Positions 37,501-45,960 of a stretch of DNA of 64,000 bases are shown here, piece after piece. The notes beneath the pieces are model-generated. The model had not been told where the DNA came from. It searched no databases and saw only the letters and a program-made list of their open reading frames with translations. How positions within the stretch are numbered: position 1 is the first letter of the stretch; each line of letters opens with the position of its first letter. The position numbers were made by a program, and so were the translations under genes. This DNA comes from a virus: the IMG/VR virus record IMGVR_UViG_3300032087_005453, positions 32,001-96,000 of that record; one strand, 5' to 3'.

Positions 37501-40080
37501 CTGAGCTTCATCTTCAATTCCAGCCCCGAATCTATCAAACTTCTTTTGACCAAGTGATGTTGCTCTGGATGCAGCAGATTCAACGCCTTTTTCTCTGGTA
37601 GCTTTTATGCGTTCGTCTGATTTTTGGACTGATACAGATAAATCCTTAAGACTTTTAGCACTCTCTTTAATTTGCTGTGCGTTTTCTTTTCTTGCTTGAA
37701 TTGTCTGCTTTATACTACCAGCAGCCTCTTGTAATGTGCTGCTTACAGTTGTGGATGCAACTTGAAGAGTTAAAAAACTACTACCCAAAGATGCTGTAAA
37801 TCCACCAAGTTCAGAAGCAAAACCACCAAACCCGCCTCCACCAAGAAGTGCTCCAGCTATTCCACCACCAAGTCCACCAACAAGACCACCAGCTTGGAAT
37901 TTTTGTACAACCCCACCTTTAGCATATCTGTTGACCTCTTTGAGGTTTCCGTATCCAAATGCTTGGGCAGATTTTTTGTTGACAACAAATTCACCAGGAG
38001 TTAAAAGTGCAGGAACAGTATCAGTGCCTACACCAGGAATTGAGCCTCCAGCATTTCTTCTTTTTCGACCTGATGGTTTCCTACCCTTACCCCCTTGTCC
38101 CGTTGGGGTTAAACCAAGTTCCGCTAAAGACCATGTGGATGTTGTGTCTGGACCTTGCTCCATAATAGCAACACCAAAATCTTTCTTTCCAGGCCTCCGC
38201 TTTCGTCCATCCCCCGATAAAAATCTTGCAATTTTTGCTTTTATTTTGCTATCAATTGGTTTAGTTTTTTTGGCATCGGTTGTCATAGCACCTCTACCAA
38301 CTAAATTAAAATAGCTATTTTTAAGACCGGTAGGAAAATCAAATGGTTTTAATGGATCATCATTGTCGGTAAATTTACCACCAGAAGCTCTTGATAAAGC
38401 CGCTTCAAATAAGACCCCAACAACTGATTCATATTGAGGTATATTTTTAATAGTTCCTCTAACTTGTTTTGAATCCTTGTTCATAGACTTTGCTAAATCA
38501 TTTACTGCTTTAGCCATACCAGCGTTTAATGTATCTTCTGCAATACCGTCCCTCTGTGGTCTATCATATATAATTCTTCCGCCGTCGGCGTACTTGTTTA
38601 TAGCCTGTAAATTCTCAGCACCAAATGCCTGTGCCGCACTTTTACGGATTACAAATTCACCGGGAGTAAGCATTGCTGGAACTGTGTCGCTATTTCCGCT
38701 ACCCGGAACAAAACCGCCGGAGTTTAACCCAATTAAACCTTTCGCTCCACCCGCCAGTCTACCCAAACCTCCACCACCAATAAACGATCCCAATTTTATA
38801 CCAGCTAAAGTAGTAAATAATGGAATAAGAGGTGTTAATGCTTTACCAACTTCAACTAAAGCATTTGCTATACCAATAATAGCTTTTGATAAGGTTTGAA
38901 AGGCGGGAGAAGAAATAACATCGTCAATAAATGATGCAAAGTTTTTCTGAAGACTTCCAAGCTGGAAAGCTACGGTCTGTTGAGCTTTCGCCACGTCGGC
39001 AGCACTTTCTGCCGTGCCATTATTGGCAACACCAAGTGCTTCTGTAATTTTTGTGGTTTGCGTAAGAAGTGGAACCACCCTAGAAAGTTGTCTAATTCCA
39101 CCAATCTGCTCAACAACTTCAGCAAATTTAGTACTTCCAACGGAAATATTTAGTTTATCAAGACCTTGACTAATATTTTGAATAGCTTGTAGAGGACCAA
39201 CAAATTGACCCTCAGCGGTTTCAAGCTGAATACCAAGTTCTTTGAAGAACTCAATTGTTTTAGGACGTTGCAAACGACCAAAAATAGTACGGAAACCAGT
39301 AGCAATAGTTTCGGCACTTTCACGAGAAGTAGATCTTACTGCTGTGAATAATGCTATAAGTTCGTTGATATTACCACCGGCTGCGTTAAATGCACCACCA
39401 GTTCTTCTAATAGCCTCTACAATGTCTGAAGACTCTACAGCAAATCTTTTAGACACAGCGTTTATTGCCTCAAGAGATTGACCAGCTTGATCTACACTTA
39501 AACTAAACGAACTTAATGTAGCAATAAACCCTTCAGTTGTTGACTGTAAACTATCAAAGGTTGCTAAAAGACTGGTGCGTGCTAATACTTCAGCAGCCTT
39601 AGCGGCTTGTTGAAACGACAAACCAGTTTGAGCTAAAGTTCTGGTTAATTGAGCAACTTTAGAAGAAGCAATATTGTATTCAACAGAAACTTTTTTGAGT
39701 AAATTAGATTGATCTAATACCTCTTTATTGCTACTATTTGTAACTTGAGCAATTTTAGCCAATTCAGTCTGTAATTTTAAACTCTCTCTAGTAGCATTAC
39801 TAATCGCACCAGTTAGTTTAAGAACTGCTGTGCTAGCAAGTGTATATGCGGCAAAGTTAACGGCTTTCAAACTTACAGCATCACCAAATTGCTTGGCTAC
39901 GGATGTAGTCTTGCTTAAGGTTCCCTGTAATTTTTTTATTTCACCTTGTGCTTTAGCAATGTTTTTAGCGTCAAGATTCAGACTAACCTTATTCAAGGAT
40001 TTCTGAATATCTTTATTAACTTTGCTTAAGTTGGCGGGATTTGTTTGAATGTTTAATGCTGCGGTAAAGTCGAAAGCCAT
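34582..40080 (-). CDS. Tail tape measure protein (1832 aa) with an internal inserted domain
   Basis: TP901-type TMP core (LAQTG..AAEVLA, INAVSKRFAVESSDI, TSRESAETIATGFRTIFGRLQ); long A/K/Q-rich helical regions; two DTVPAxLTPGEFV motifs. Confidence 0.93.
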   Translation of the reverse strand: MAFDFTAALNIQTNPANLSKVNKDIQKSLNKVSLNLDAKNIAKAQGEIKKLQGTLSKTTSVAKQFGDAVSLKAVNFAAYTLASTAVLKLTGAISNATRESLKLQTELAKIAQVTNSSNKEVLDQSNLLKKVSVEYNIASSKVAQLTRTLAQTGLSFQQAAKAAEVLARTSLLATFDSLQSTTEGFIATLSSFSLSVDQAGQSLEAINAVSKRFAVESSDIVEAIRRTGGAFNAAGGNINELIALFTAVRSTSRESAETIATGFRTIFGRLQRPKTIEFFKELGIQLETAEGQFVGPLQAIQNISQGLDKLNISVGSTKFAEVVEQIGGIRQLSRVVPLLTQTTKITEALGVANNGTAESAADVAKAQQTVAFQLGSLQKNFASFIDDVISSPAFQTLSKAIIGIANALVEVGKALTPLIPLFTTLAGIKLGSFIGGGGLGRLAGGAKGLIGLNSGGFVPGSGNSDTVPAMLTPGEFVIRKSAAQAFGAENLQAINKYADGGRIIYDRPQRDGIAEDTLNAGMAKAVNDLAKSMNKDSKQVRGTIKNIPQYESVVGVLFEAALSRASGGKFTDNDDPLKPFDFPTGLKNSYFNLVGRGAMTTDAKKTKPIDSKIKAKIARFLSGDGRKRRPGKKDFGVAIMEQGPDTTSTWSLAELGLTPTGQGGKGRKPSGRKRRNAGGSIPGVGTDTVPALLTPGEFVVNKKSAQAFGYGNLKEVNRYAKGGVVQKFQAGGLVGGLGGGIAGALLGGGGFGGFASELGGFTASLGSSFLTLQVASTTVSSTLQEAAGSIKQTIQARKENAQQIKESAKSLKDLSVSVQKSDERIKATREKGVESAASRATSLGQKKFDRFGAGIEDEAQIKKAQLKLANEIGFATQKYGRGSKELDALNKVQAKFKGDVVAQATAVGKYVNLLEATTKSEQEHNDSLKKQIKAEKERTEELKRGKLGKLKASGQQIAQGADALASVAVAAFSASLNAAAQAADKLADKAVQAGDVQEASAKAEEAASKRAQAASQVQAAAALSGLGTAIGGIFGPVGAAIGSAFGKLLTFIPGVVKGFQFLTDLLGITNSKEEARKARIEAANKALEVWTRNLNKSTSRQLERARSRGASTSEQQSIVASSAEKEAAKLDLEIRKEKAALERSGIDPRFSGRRARASFEKKDLETENLRNFSAFISQFEAQAKSIGGGSREEVLRSSKNLNRAFKALESTLKSRGAKAALEDLRNDTSSLANTVRVQKKNFDATNSEFQLLRLSAGEAINALDIFGEFISEDLEKDLKQAQKLQQQRLKIEEQRIKLTLKAIDTEEQIAQQRASFLGTSTADQQAGRSARDARRVQALVGSGQGAPTNLQQVNQELLATSSAIVGIKTGLEQAAFSGDEEEIKRLSAALTEAQDRSKKLTQAQDILVSSTKAQEEAARQEIKARMESIAALEDFKGGLVEEFAFGTDEQRRDLGRSAALTAQAIQQGGIQNIASEDRGAVKSFLDRLPQNLALDTLGGKTAARVKGEFAADEAIRKGLIGADERESFVKAIEQQGKPVEQRLGEAFEAERKKAEASFDRQEAATLNAIKTQQAAANTFAAAVDAFALSEEDKKKRESQEIQLAQKRAELDRVQDKIRDTRVFARPGDERATIRGDEAVRKLQVIDLKKRGKNEEADRLEKQGKAVRKLLELRNKLEGEVETLKSGLQKPAAAGLPGGVPAGGVPAGGVPAGGVPAGGVPAGGVPAGGVPAGAGPAPVRGGAPTGIPAAGAGAAGVQVPVPGPPQKVEITGTTQVNVNLNGTVLNAVVSQVYTTISQRFTELARAFRDSNTPDDQANAFDNAAGNLPPQPTP
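34886..34990. repeat. 7 x 15-bp tandem repeat encoding (GVPAG)n
   Basis: CCAGCSGGTACRCCA x7. Confidence 0.95.
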
Positions 40081-40094
40081 TTAATCACCTATCA

Positions 40095-40943
40095 TTATGT
40101 GGCTTCAGCTACTTTCTTTTTTGCTGATGCACGGGTTTTTCTCTTAGGTTTTTCTTCCTTTTCGGTATCCTCAGCTAGATCGTCTTCAAAATCAAGTTCG
40201 TCAACTACACTATCATCCAATAATGGATTGTTGTTGATATCTATTCTATTGCCATCAGCATCAATTCTTGAACCTTCATCGTCAAGAAGATTGCCATTGA
40301 TGTCTACTCGCTGACCCTTTCTATTGATAAGCTGACCTTTATCATTTAATAGATTAAGTCTCTTCAGAAGTTTATTTTCAACAAAAGCATCTTGGTAGTT
40401 TTCATCTAAGCCATAAGCAACATTGGCATATTCGCTAGCACATTTAACGGCTAATTCAGAATCTGCCTGATCTTTGTAATCTTGTAAAGAGGAGAAAACT
40501 GGCTTTTGTGTTAGATAGTCATAAACACACACAGACACAAGATAGAAAAATCTTTCATTATCGGCAAGACCTTCTGCGGTAACAGAATCCATAGAGTTTC
40601 GAACAGAAAGCAATGCCGTCAGTTCGTTTCTAATTTTCTTAAGTTCAAATGCCTTGTCTCTTAATTCTGATGCCTTTTTATAAGCTCCACTTTTAATCTT
40701 GTATTCTAGATCAGCACTTTGTTTAACAAGGTCTGTATACTTTTCCGCCATTTCATCATCCCACAAACCTTGATCACGCATGTGTTCTTCCAAGCTTTGT
40801 TTTAGGATAGCACCGTTTTCAACGGCTTTTTTAAATTCTTTTGTATAAACACGTTGAGCTTCAATTGTTTGATCGGCAGTCAATTCCTTGATAAGGTATT
40901 GCTTGTCTTCGTATTCGAATTTCTTTTCTTCTTTCTTGCTCAT
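40095..40943 (-). CDS. Putative tail assembly chaperone (282 aa)
   Basis: Immediately upstream of the TMP; charged and helical; similar to the 340-aa protein. Confidence 0.6.
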   Translation of the reverse strand: MSKKEEKKFEYEDKQYLIKELTADQTIEAQRVYTKEFKKAVENGAILKQSLEEHMRDQGLWDDEMAEKYTDLVKQSADLEYKIKSGAYKKASELRDKAFELKKIRNELTALLSVRNSMDSVTAEGLADNERFFYLVSVCVYDYLTQKPVFSSLQDYKDQADSELAVKCASEYANVAYGLDENYQDAFVENKLLKRLNLLNDKGQLINRKGQRVDINGNLLDDEGSRIDADGNRIDINNNPLLDDSVVDELDFEDDLAEDTEKEEKPKRKTRASAKKKVAEAT

Positions 40944-40960
40944 TTTCTTCTCCTAGTTCC

Positions 40961-41275
40961 TTATCCGTTGAATGGTTTTAGTGGTAGACTGTAGTGATAT
41001 TTGTTCCACACAATATCGTAAGTCTCGATTTCTGAATCTATGTTTCGAATTTGGTTGTTTCCCTTGTCAAGAATCTCAGTTCTTAATTCTTCAAAAACTT
41101 CCTTCATTACTGCTTGTTCTGGTGTGGGATTGTCAGTATCGTCCCCCCACAAAGAACCAAGGTGTTTTTCTATACTGGAAAGTGCTCCGATCATTGTTGT
41201 CTGAATTCTTTTTTTAACTTCTTTCTTTAGTCTGGTTTTAGACCTTTCCTTTAATAGTTCCTCTTTGCCGTCCAT
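40961..41275 (-). CDS. Hypothetical protein (104 aa) in the chaperone region
   Basis: Coupled to the 340-aa gene; AGGAG RBS. Confidence 0.7.
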   Translation of the reverse strand: MDGKEELLKERSKTRLKKEVKKRIQTTMIGALSSIEKHLGSLWGDDTDNPTPEQAVMKEVFEELRTEILDKGNNQIRNIDSEIETYDIVWNKYHYSLPLKPFNG

Positions 41276-42297
41276 TATCTTCTCCTGTTTTGTGAAGCCA
41301 TTTGATTTGATTTCATTTGTAATTCTCTTCTTGTGCTTGACAAATCCGACTCATTAACTGAACCATGTTTTTTCAAGTCACTTTTCAAAGATTTTATTTT
41401 CGCTTTTGCTTGAGCGTTGTTTAGATTATATATATCCTCTACTTCTTTTTTATTTCTAGCGGGAATAAATACTTCACCAGCATCTCCAATATTGTCTGGC
41501 AGCATGTCTTCAGCCTGCTTTTTCTTTTCTTCCTCTTGTCTTTTCCTTTTTTGTTTTTCACTCCAACCATCTAGAGCTATATCGTCTTGAATAATTTCTT
41601 CGCTTGGTCTATCCAAAGACTCATTGATATTGTCATAATAATAAGACCAAGATATTATATTGTGTTGTAAATCAGTAAAAGCAGAAGGACTGTTTTCGAA
41701 TAACTTTTCTTTAACCCCAAACCACATATTTCTCCATTCTGAAGATTTTGCTACCTCTCTAAGTCTTGCGTTTATATCCCAATATCTTGAGTAGAATTTA
41801 TTGATTATATTGTTAAAGGAAAATAGATCAGTCGCCAATCTACCATCTTTTAGAAATACATTGTTCTCTAAATATTTAGCTTTACGAGCATAGTCCGCCA
41901 CATATTCACAAGTCTTATCAGAAAACAATGACTTCTTTTTGTATAATTCCGATACTCTCTTTTCTTGTTTTTCAAGATTCTTTTGGATATATTCTTTAGT
42001 TGTTGAATTGTAAAAACTGTTAAAATAGTCAAGTCTCATTTGCTGCATGTTTTTTTGTATTTGTTCCATCAGCTCAGATTCTTCTTTTGACCAAAAACCA
42101 TTTTCAATCAAAAACTCTTCAACCTCTTCTTCTTTGAGCATTCCTTCTAGTAAACAATCTTCATAAACTTCATATGAAAAAAAATCCGCAAAAGTTTTAT
42201 CTTCTGCGGACGGAGGATTAACAAATATATATTCCCGTCCTATTTTTAATATAATGACCCCAGAAATAAGGGTATTTATTAAGTCCTGTTTCTTCAT
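41275..42297 (-). CDS. Putative tail assembly chaperone (340 aa)
   Basis: Lies between the tail tube gene and the TMP; paralogous to the 282-aa protein, with a C-terminal extension. Confidence 0.55.
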   Translation of the reverse strand: MKKQDLINTLISGVIILKIGREYIFVNPPSAEDKTFADFFSYEVYEDCLLEGMLKEEEVEEFLIENGFWSKEESELMEQIQKNMQQMRLDYFNSFYNSTTKEYIQKNLEKQEKRVSELYKKKSLFSDKTCEYVADYARKAKYLENNVFLKDGRLATDLFSFNNIINKFYSRYWDINARLREVAKSSEWRNMWFGVKEKLFENSPSAFTDLQHNIISWSYYYDNINESLDRPSEEIIQDDIALDGWSEKQKRKRQEEEKKKQAEDMLPDNIGDAGEVFIPARNKKEVEDIYNLNNAQAKAKIKSLKSDLKKHGSVNESDLSSTRRELQMKSNQMASQNRRR

Positions 42298-42310
42298 ATC
42301 AAGTCCGAGT

Positions 42311-42339
42311 GCCGGGGAGACACCTATTGTCTCCCCAGC
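42311..42339 (-). terminator. Strong GC hairpin after the tail tube gene (no U tract)
   Basis: GGGGAGAC...GTCTCCCC inverted repeat. Confidence 0.55.
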
Positions 42340-42358
42340 GAAAATCCAAAGTTATCTA

Positions 42359-43582
42359 TCAAGCAAACCAGTCTTTGAAGTATTCTGCAGACGCCAAGTC
42401 ATTCATTGGGTCGCCAGAATGCATAACAGAAAGGTCGTTGGAGTTTGTCATACTGTAGGTAATAGTTGCGTTACCACCACCAGCATCTCCTCCACCATAA
42501 CTAACACTTGTTACCTTATTTTTATTACCAAGCTGAATTACAGTACTGTCATCCAGAACAAACTGAATAGAGTGATTAGAAAGGTTATTTGCTTCTTCAG
42601 CGGCATCAATATTGTCACCACCAACAGCAGTTACTTCGATATCGCAAGTTACATCTACTGGGAAACTAACATAACGGAAGTAAGGAGCCTTTTTACCAAG
42701 CTGCTGAATGTTTTCACGACCCAAGTCTACACTGATACTAACAGAGTTTAGGTAAGGACCAGCATCTGTAGAAATATAAGAAGCATTAGTACTTAGGCCG
42801 GTTCCACCATATCCAGCGACACCAGTTCCAACGGTATCAGCACCTTCGATAAAGTTAGGTATTACGGTTCGGAAGGTTGTACCACTTGCACCCAAGTCTT
42901 TACCAGTAGATCCAATAACCACATTTTGACGACGCAAAACACTGTTGTCATCAGAAACAGGAGCATCGTTACCAAATACTGTACTTGCAAATGCTGCATC
43001 AATCTCCCCATTCGCATCTGCTAAAAGACCTCCAGTATCACTACCTGTCAGCCATTGTTTGTCGTTACCAACAAATGTGGTGGATTCTGTGAAAGTTCCA
43101 TCCGTAGATAGATTGTAGGCTACAGAACTAATATACATTCCAGAACAATACAGTTCCGCAACACCAGAGTTTGCTCCACCCTCCTGAATGCTCGTTTCTG
43201 TATCATAACCAACTACCATTCTAACGTCTGCACGAGCATTTGCTCGTCCAGTAAGTGTTGGATTGGTGGCATCTACAGTTCCAAGATGGTAAACTAGGGA
43301 ATAACCGTCAAGAAGCTTTTCGAAGGTAACTTCAATATCTGGTACTTCTTCTAGGTTTTCATACAAGGAAAGTTGTCCAAGTTCGAAAATCTGCTCAAGG
43401 TTAAAGTTTGTGGTGATACCAATAGACTGTAAACCGTGAGCGATCATGACGTTGCCGTCGCCATTGATAGGAACTCCATCGCCAACATAGCTATCAATAA
43501 CGCCAGTAGCACCTATATCTCCAACTGCTACCCCCTGAGTAGCATAAAATACTCTATTATTAGGATTATTGGGATATGCCAT
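42359..43582 (-). CDS. Major tail (tube) protein
   Basis: Position before chaperones and TMP; HGLQSIGITTNFNLEQIFELGQL; late motif and GGAG RBS before ATG 43582; hairpin downstream. Confidence 0.75.
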   Translation of the reverse strand: MAYPNNPNNRVFYATQGVAVGDIGATGVIDSYVGDGVPINGDGNVMIAHGLQSIGITTNFNLEQIFELGQLSLYENLEEVPDIEVTFEKLLDGYSLVYHLGTVDATNPTLTGRANARADVRMVVGYDTETSIQEGGANSGVAELYCSGMYISSVAYNLSTDGTFTESTTFVGNDKQWLTGSDTGGLLADANGEIDAAFASTVFGNDAPVSDDNSVLRRQNVVIGSTGKDLGASGTTFRTVIPNFIEGADTVGTGVAGYGGTGLSTNASYISTDAGPYLNSVSISVDLGRENIQQLGKKAPYFRYVSFPVDVTCDIEVTAVGGDNIDAAEEANNLSNHSIQFVLDDSTVIQLGNKNKVTSVSYGGGDAGGGNATITYSMTNSNDLSVMHSGDPMNDLASAEYFKDWFA

Positions 43583-43622
43583 ATCTAACTCCAATTAAAA
43601 GAAAACATGTTTATCTAATTTT

Positions 43623-44576
43623 TTATACACCAAATAGGATTAATTCAGTAGTAAATTTGACGGTTCCGACGTGAATATTCGGATTTAAAGAGTATACTGA
43701 ATCTAAACTGGTATTAACCAGTCTAATTTTTACACCAGGATATTGTGAGATCAATTCTGAATACAAAAGTGCCCCAGAAGCTGGAACACCTCTATAATCC
43801 AGAGGGAAAGCACCACTGGAAGAAATAGTATCTAAATCATAACTTTTGAAGATTTTTTGGTTTTGTAGTGTAACTATGTCCATTAAATGATCTCTAGTGT
43901 ACACATCTTCAGCAACACAATGAAACAGAAAATCAGTAAATAAGTTTTGCCCGCCGCCGAGTGCAAAAGGAGTCATTTTACGAGAGTTTACAGGCTCAAT
44001 ACCAATTGCTGGTAGTTGATACCTATTGTCTCCCAAAATTCCCCATTCTCCACTATTGCCAACAAAATTGGAATTTTCTGATCTTTCTGATCTTTTTTGA
44101 ACTTGCTGAAACCAATTTAATCCATCCACTTTTGATACATTCACATATTTGTAACTGTATTCACAAGTTACAGTTGATGAAGTATCAATAGCGGAATCAA
44201 AAACTACTCTTCCTAATGGGTGATTAATATGATGGGCATATACGCCTGTAGCAGATGTTGAATAAAAGTCGCCATCAACATAAACTCCAGAAACCCCAGG
44301 GTTTGCATCGTCAGTACTTGTTAAGGCACCAAGTCCGCTTTCCCACACCCAATTTTGTCTAAATCCTTCCCAAACTTGACCATATGTATATCTCGGATCG
44401 TCTACGACTCTCAATTGATGTTCAATACCGCCATAATAACCCGTAGAAGGAATCTCAACATTTATAAAGGCTGATTTTTCAAGCAGCCCGTAATCAAAGA
44501 ACGAAATTAAGTTTTCTGTAATGTCGTTCGTAACAGTTGAATCACCAAAAGTATCAAAACCTTTTAAGTTTGTCAT
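43623..44576 (-). CDS. Putative tail terminator / completion protein (317 aa)
   Basis: Directly upstream of the tail tube gene; QLPAIGIE motif. Confidence 0.55.
   Translation of the reverse strand: MTNLKGFDTFGDSTVTNDITENLISFFDYGLLEKSAFINVEIPSTGYYGGIEHQLRVVDDPRYTYGQVWEGFRQNWVWESGLGALTSTDDANPGVSGVYVDGDFYSTSATGVYAHHINHPLGRVVFDSAIDTSSTVTCEYSYKYVNVSKVDGLNWFQQVQKRSERSENSNFVGNSGEWGILGDNRYQLPAIGIEPVNSRKMTPFALGGGQNLFTDFLFHCVAEDVYTRDHLMDIVTLQNQKIFKSYDLDTISSSGAFPLDYRGVPASGALLYSELISQYPGVKIRLVNTSLDSVYSLNPNIHVGTVKFTTELILFGV
43624..43631 (-). promoter_or_regulatory. Putative late-promoter motif GGTGTATA
   Basis: About 40 nt upstream of the tail tube ATG, overlapping the end of the preceding gene. Confidence 0.55.
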
Positions 44577-45223
44577 TTGATACTCCTCTGCATTTCATTT
44601 ATAATTAATTTGCCTATTTCATCTTTAGCAGGATCTAATGCCCGACTAATAAAGTTATCCGCTATAGTTCCAGCATGTTCTGGATCTACTCTAAAAGCTG
44701 GTTTGTTAACTTGTGGAATCATGACCTTTGATCCACCAGATCTTGTTTTACCTTTAGCCCCATCAAATAAAGCGTAATCAGCAATTACCACTTGTGTGCC
44801 TCTTGTCAACAACCATTCCAGCCAGTTTACTTCTCCATTCGTGCTTTGATAAGACCCGCCCGGAACAGACAAAATATCATCAAATCCTCCTGGCAGAAAA
44901 TTGAGGTTAATTTGTATTCCGTTTCTTATTCCTAGTGCTTGAGCGGTGACATTCTTGGATAAAAATGCTATGATATTAGTTATTGCTGCACCAGCTTCTC
45001 CGGGTCTCAAACCAAAGTCATCTTTTAAAGTTCCTCCCAATAATGAACGGACTGTTGGAGAGGCATTAAGTGTGCTACCAACTATAACAGCCATTTGTGT
45101 GGACAGATTAGTATTGATTTGATTCGACTTTTTGTTAAACTGTACCAAGAATTCATCAACCATAGCTTTACCAATATCTGATGATTTCGATAATAGTTGT
45201 ATATTGGAAGTTACTATCGTCAT
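44573..45223 (-). CDS. Putative neck / tail completion protein
   Basis: Synteny; WLEWLL and C-terminal NFISRAL resemble HK97 gp10-like endings. ATGA-coupled start at 45223. Confidence 0.5.
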   Translation of the reverse strand: MTIVTSNIQLLSKSSDIGKAMVDEFLVQFNKKSNQINTNLSTQMAVIVGSTLNASPTVRSLLGGTLKDDFGLRPGEAGAAITNIIAFLSKNVTAQALGIRNGIQINLNFLPGGFDDILSVPGGSYQSTNGEVNWLEWLLTRGTQVVIADYALFDGAKGKTRSGGSKVMIPQVNKPAFRVDPEHAGTIADNFISRALDPAKDEIGKLIINEMQRSIK

Positions 45224-45696
45224 GCTCTTTCCCAAACACACATAAAATACTTGTTATTTAAACCATGCATTGTTGGTTCAGAAGTTCTAGTGAATCTCCA
45301 TTCAACATGACCAGATTTATCTGTATTTATCAATAAAGCTTTTGCTCTACTAACTTTTGGCAAGTCAGAATAAGCACCTATAGTCATTACGGAGCCATCA
45401 GCAACTTCAACATTTCCGAATTTCTTGAAATCTTTCTTGTCCCAATAAACTCGTAGCACAATATCTTCAGTGGTTTCTACAGTCTTAAATTCCTTATTAG
45501 CACGAGAAAATCCAGAACTTGGGGAAATACCCTGTAAGTTCATGACTTTTTTCTGCTTGATGTTTGGAACTGGGTCTGTTATGACCTGTATTTTGTCTGT
45601 ATAAACTAATTGACATTGTGTGCCGAACCCGCTTAGTGATAACATAGTATCAGCGACTTCAGCATACTTTGTGAATACACCCGATGGAATAGCCAT
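45220..45696 (-). CDS. Putative head-closure protein (158 aa)
   Basis: Size and position in the neck module. Confidence 0.5.
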   Translation of the reverse strand: MAIPSGVFTKYAEVADTMLSLSGFGTQCQLVYTDKIQVITDPVPNIKQKKVMNLQGISPSSGFSRANKEFKTVETTEDIVLRVYWDKKDFKKFGNVEVADGSVMTIGAYSDLPKVSRAKALLINTDKSGHVEWRFTRTSEPTMHGLNNKYFMCVWERA

Positions 45697-45709
45697 ATAT
45701 CACCTTATT

Positions 45710-45916
45710 TTAAGCAGTTCCACTACCACCAAGATAGTAACCAATATCATCAAATCTACTGTCGAGTATACCGCTTTGGTCAATTACTGTACCAGTTTTA
45801 TTGATTTTTGGGTCTATAACATGATTGGTAATGGTTCCAAATTTATTTGTGGAAACCAATAAGCTGCCATTTTTCAGGTCATTTGATGTAATAACCTTTT
45901 TAAGAACATCTGCCAT
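45710..45916 (-). CDS. 68-aa standalone paralog of the propeller protein's N-terminal domain
   Basis: NDLKNGSL.VS.NKFGTIT.H.I.PKIN...QSG.LD.RFDD shared with 45961..47355. Confidence 0.8.
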   Translation of the reverse strand: MADVLKKVITSNDLKNGSLLVSTNKFGTITNHVIDPKINKTGTVIDQSGILDSRFDDIGYYLGGSGTA

Positions 45917-45960
45917 AATAAAACCTTTTATGTAAAATAAGCTGTGTTAATTAAGTTTGT

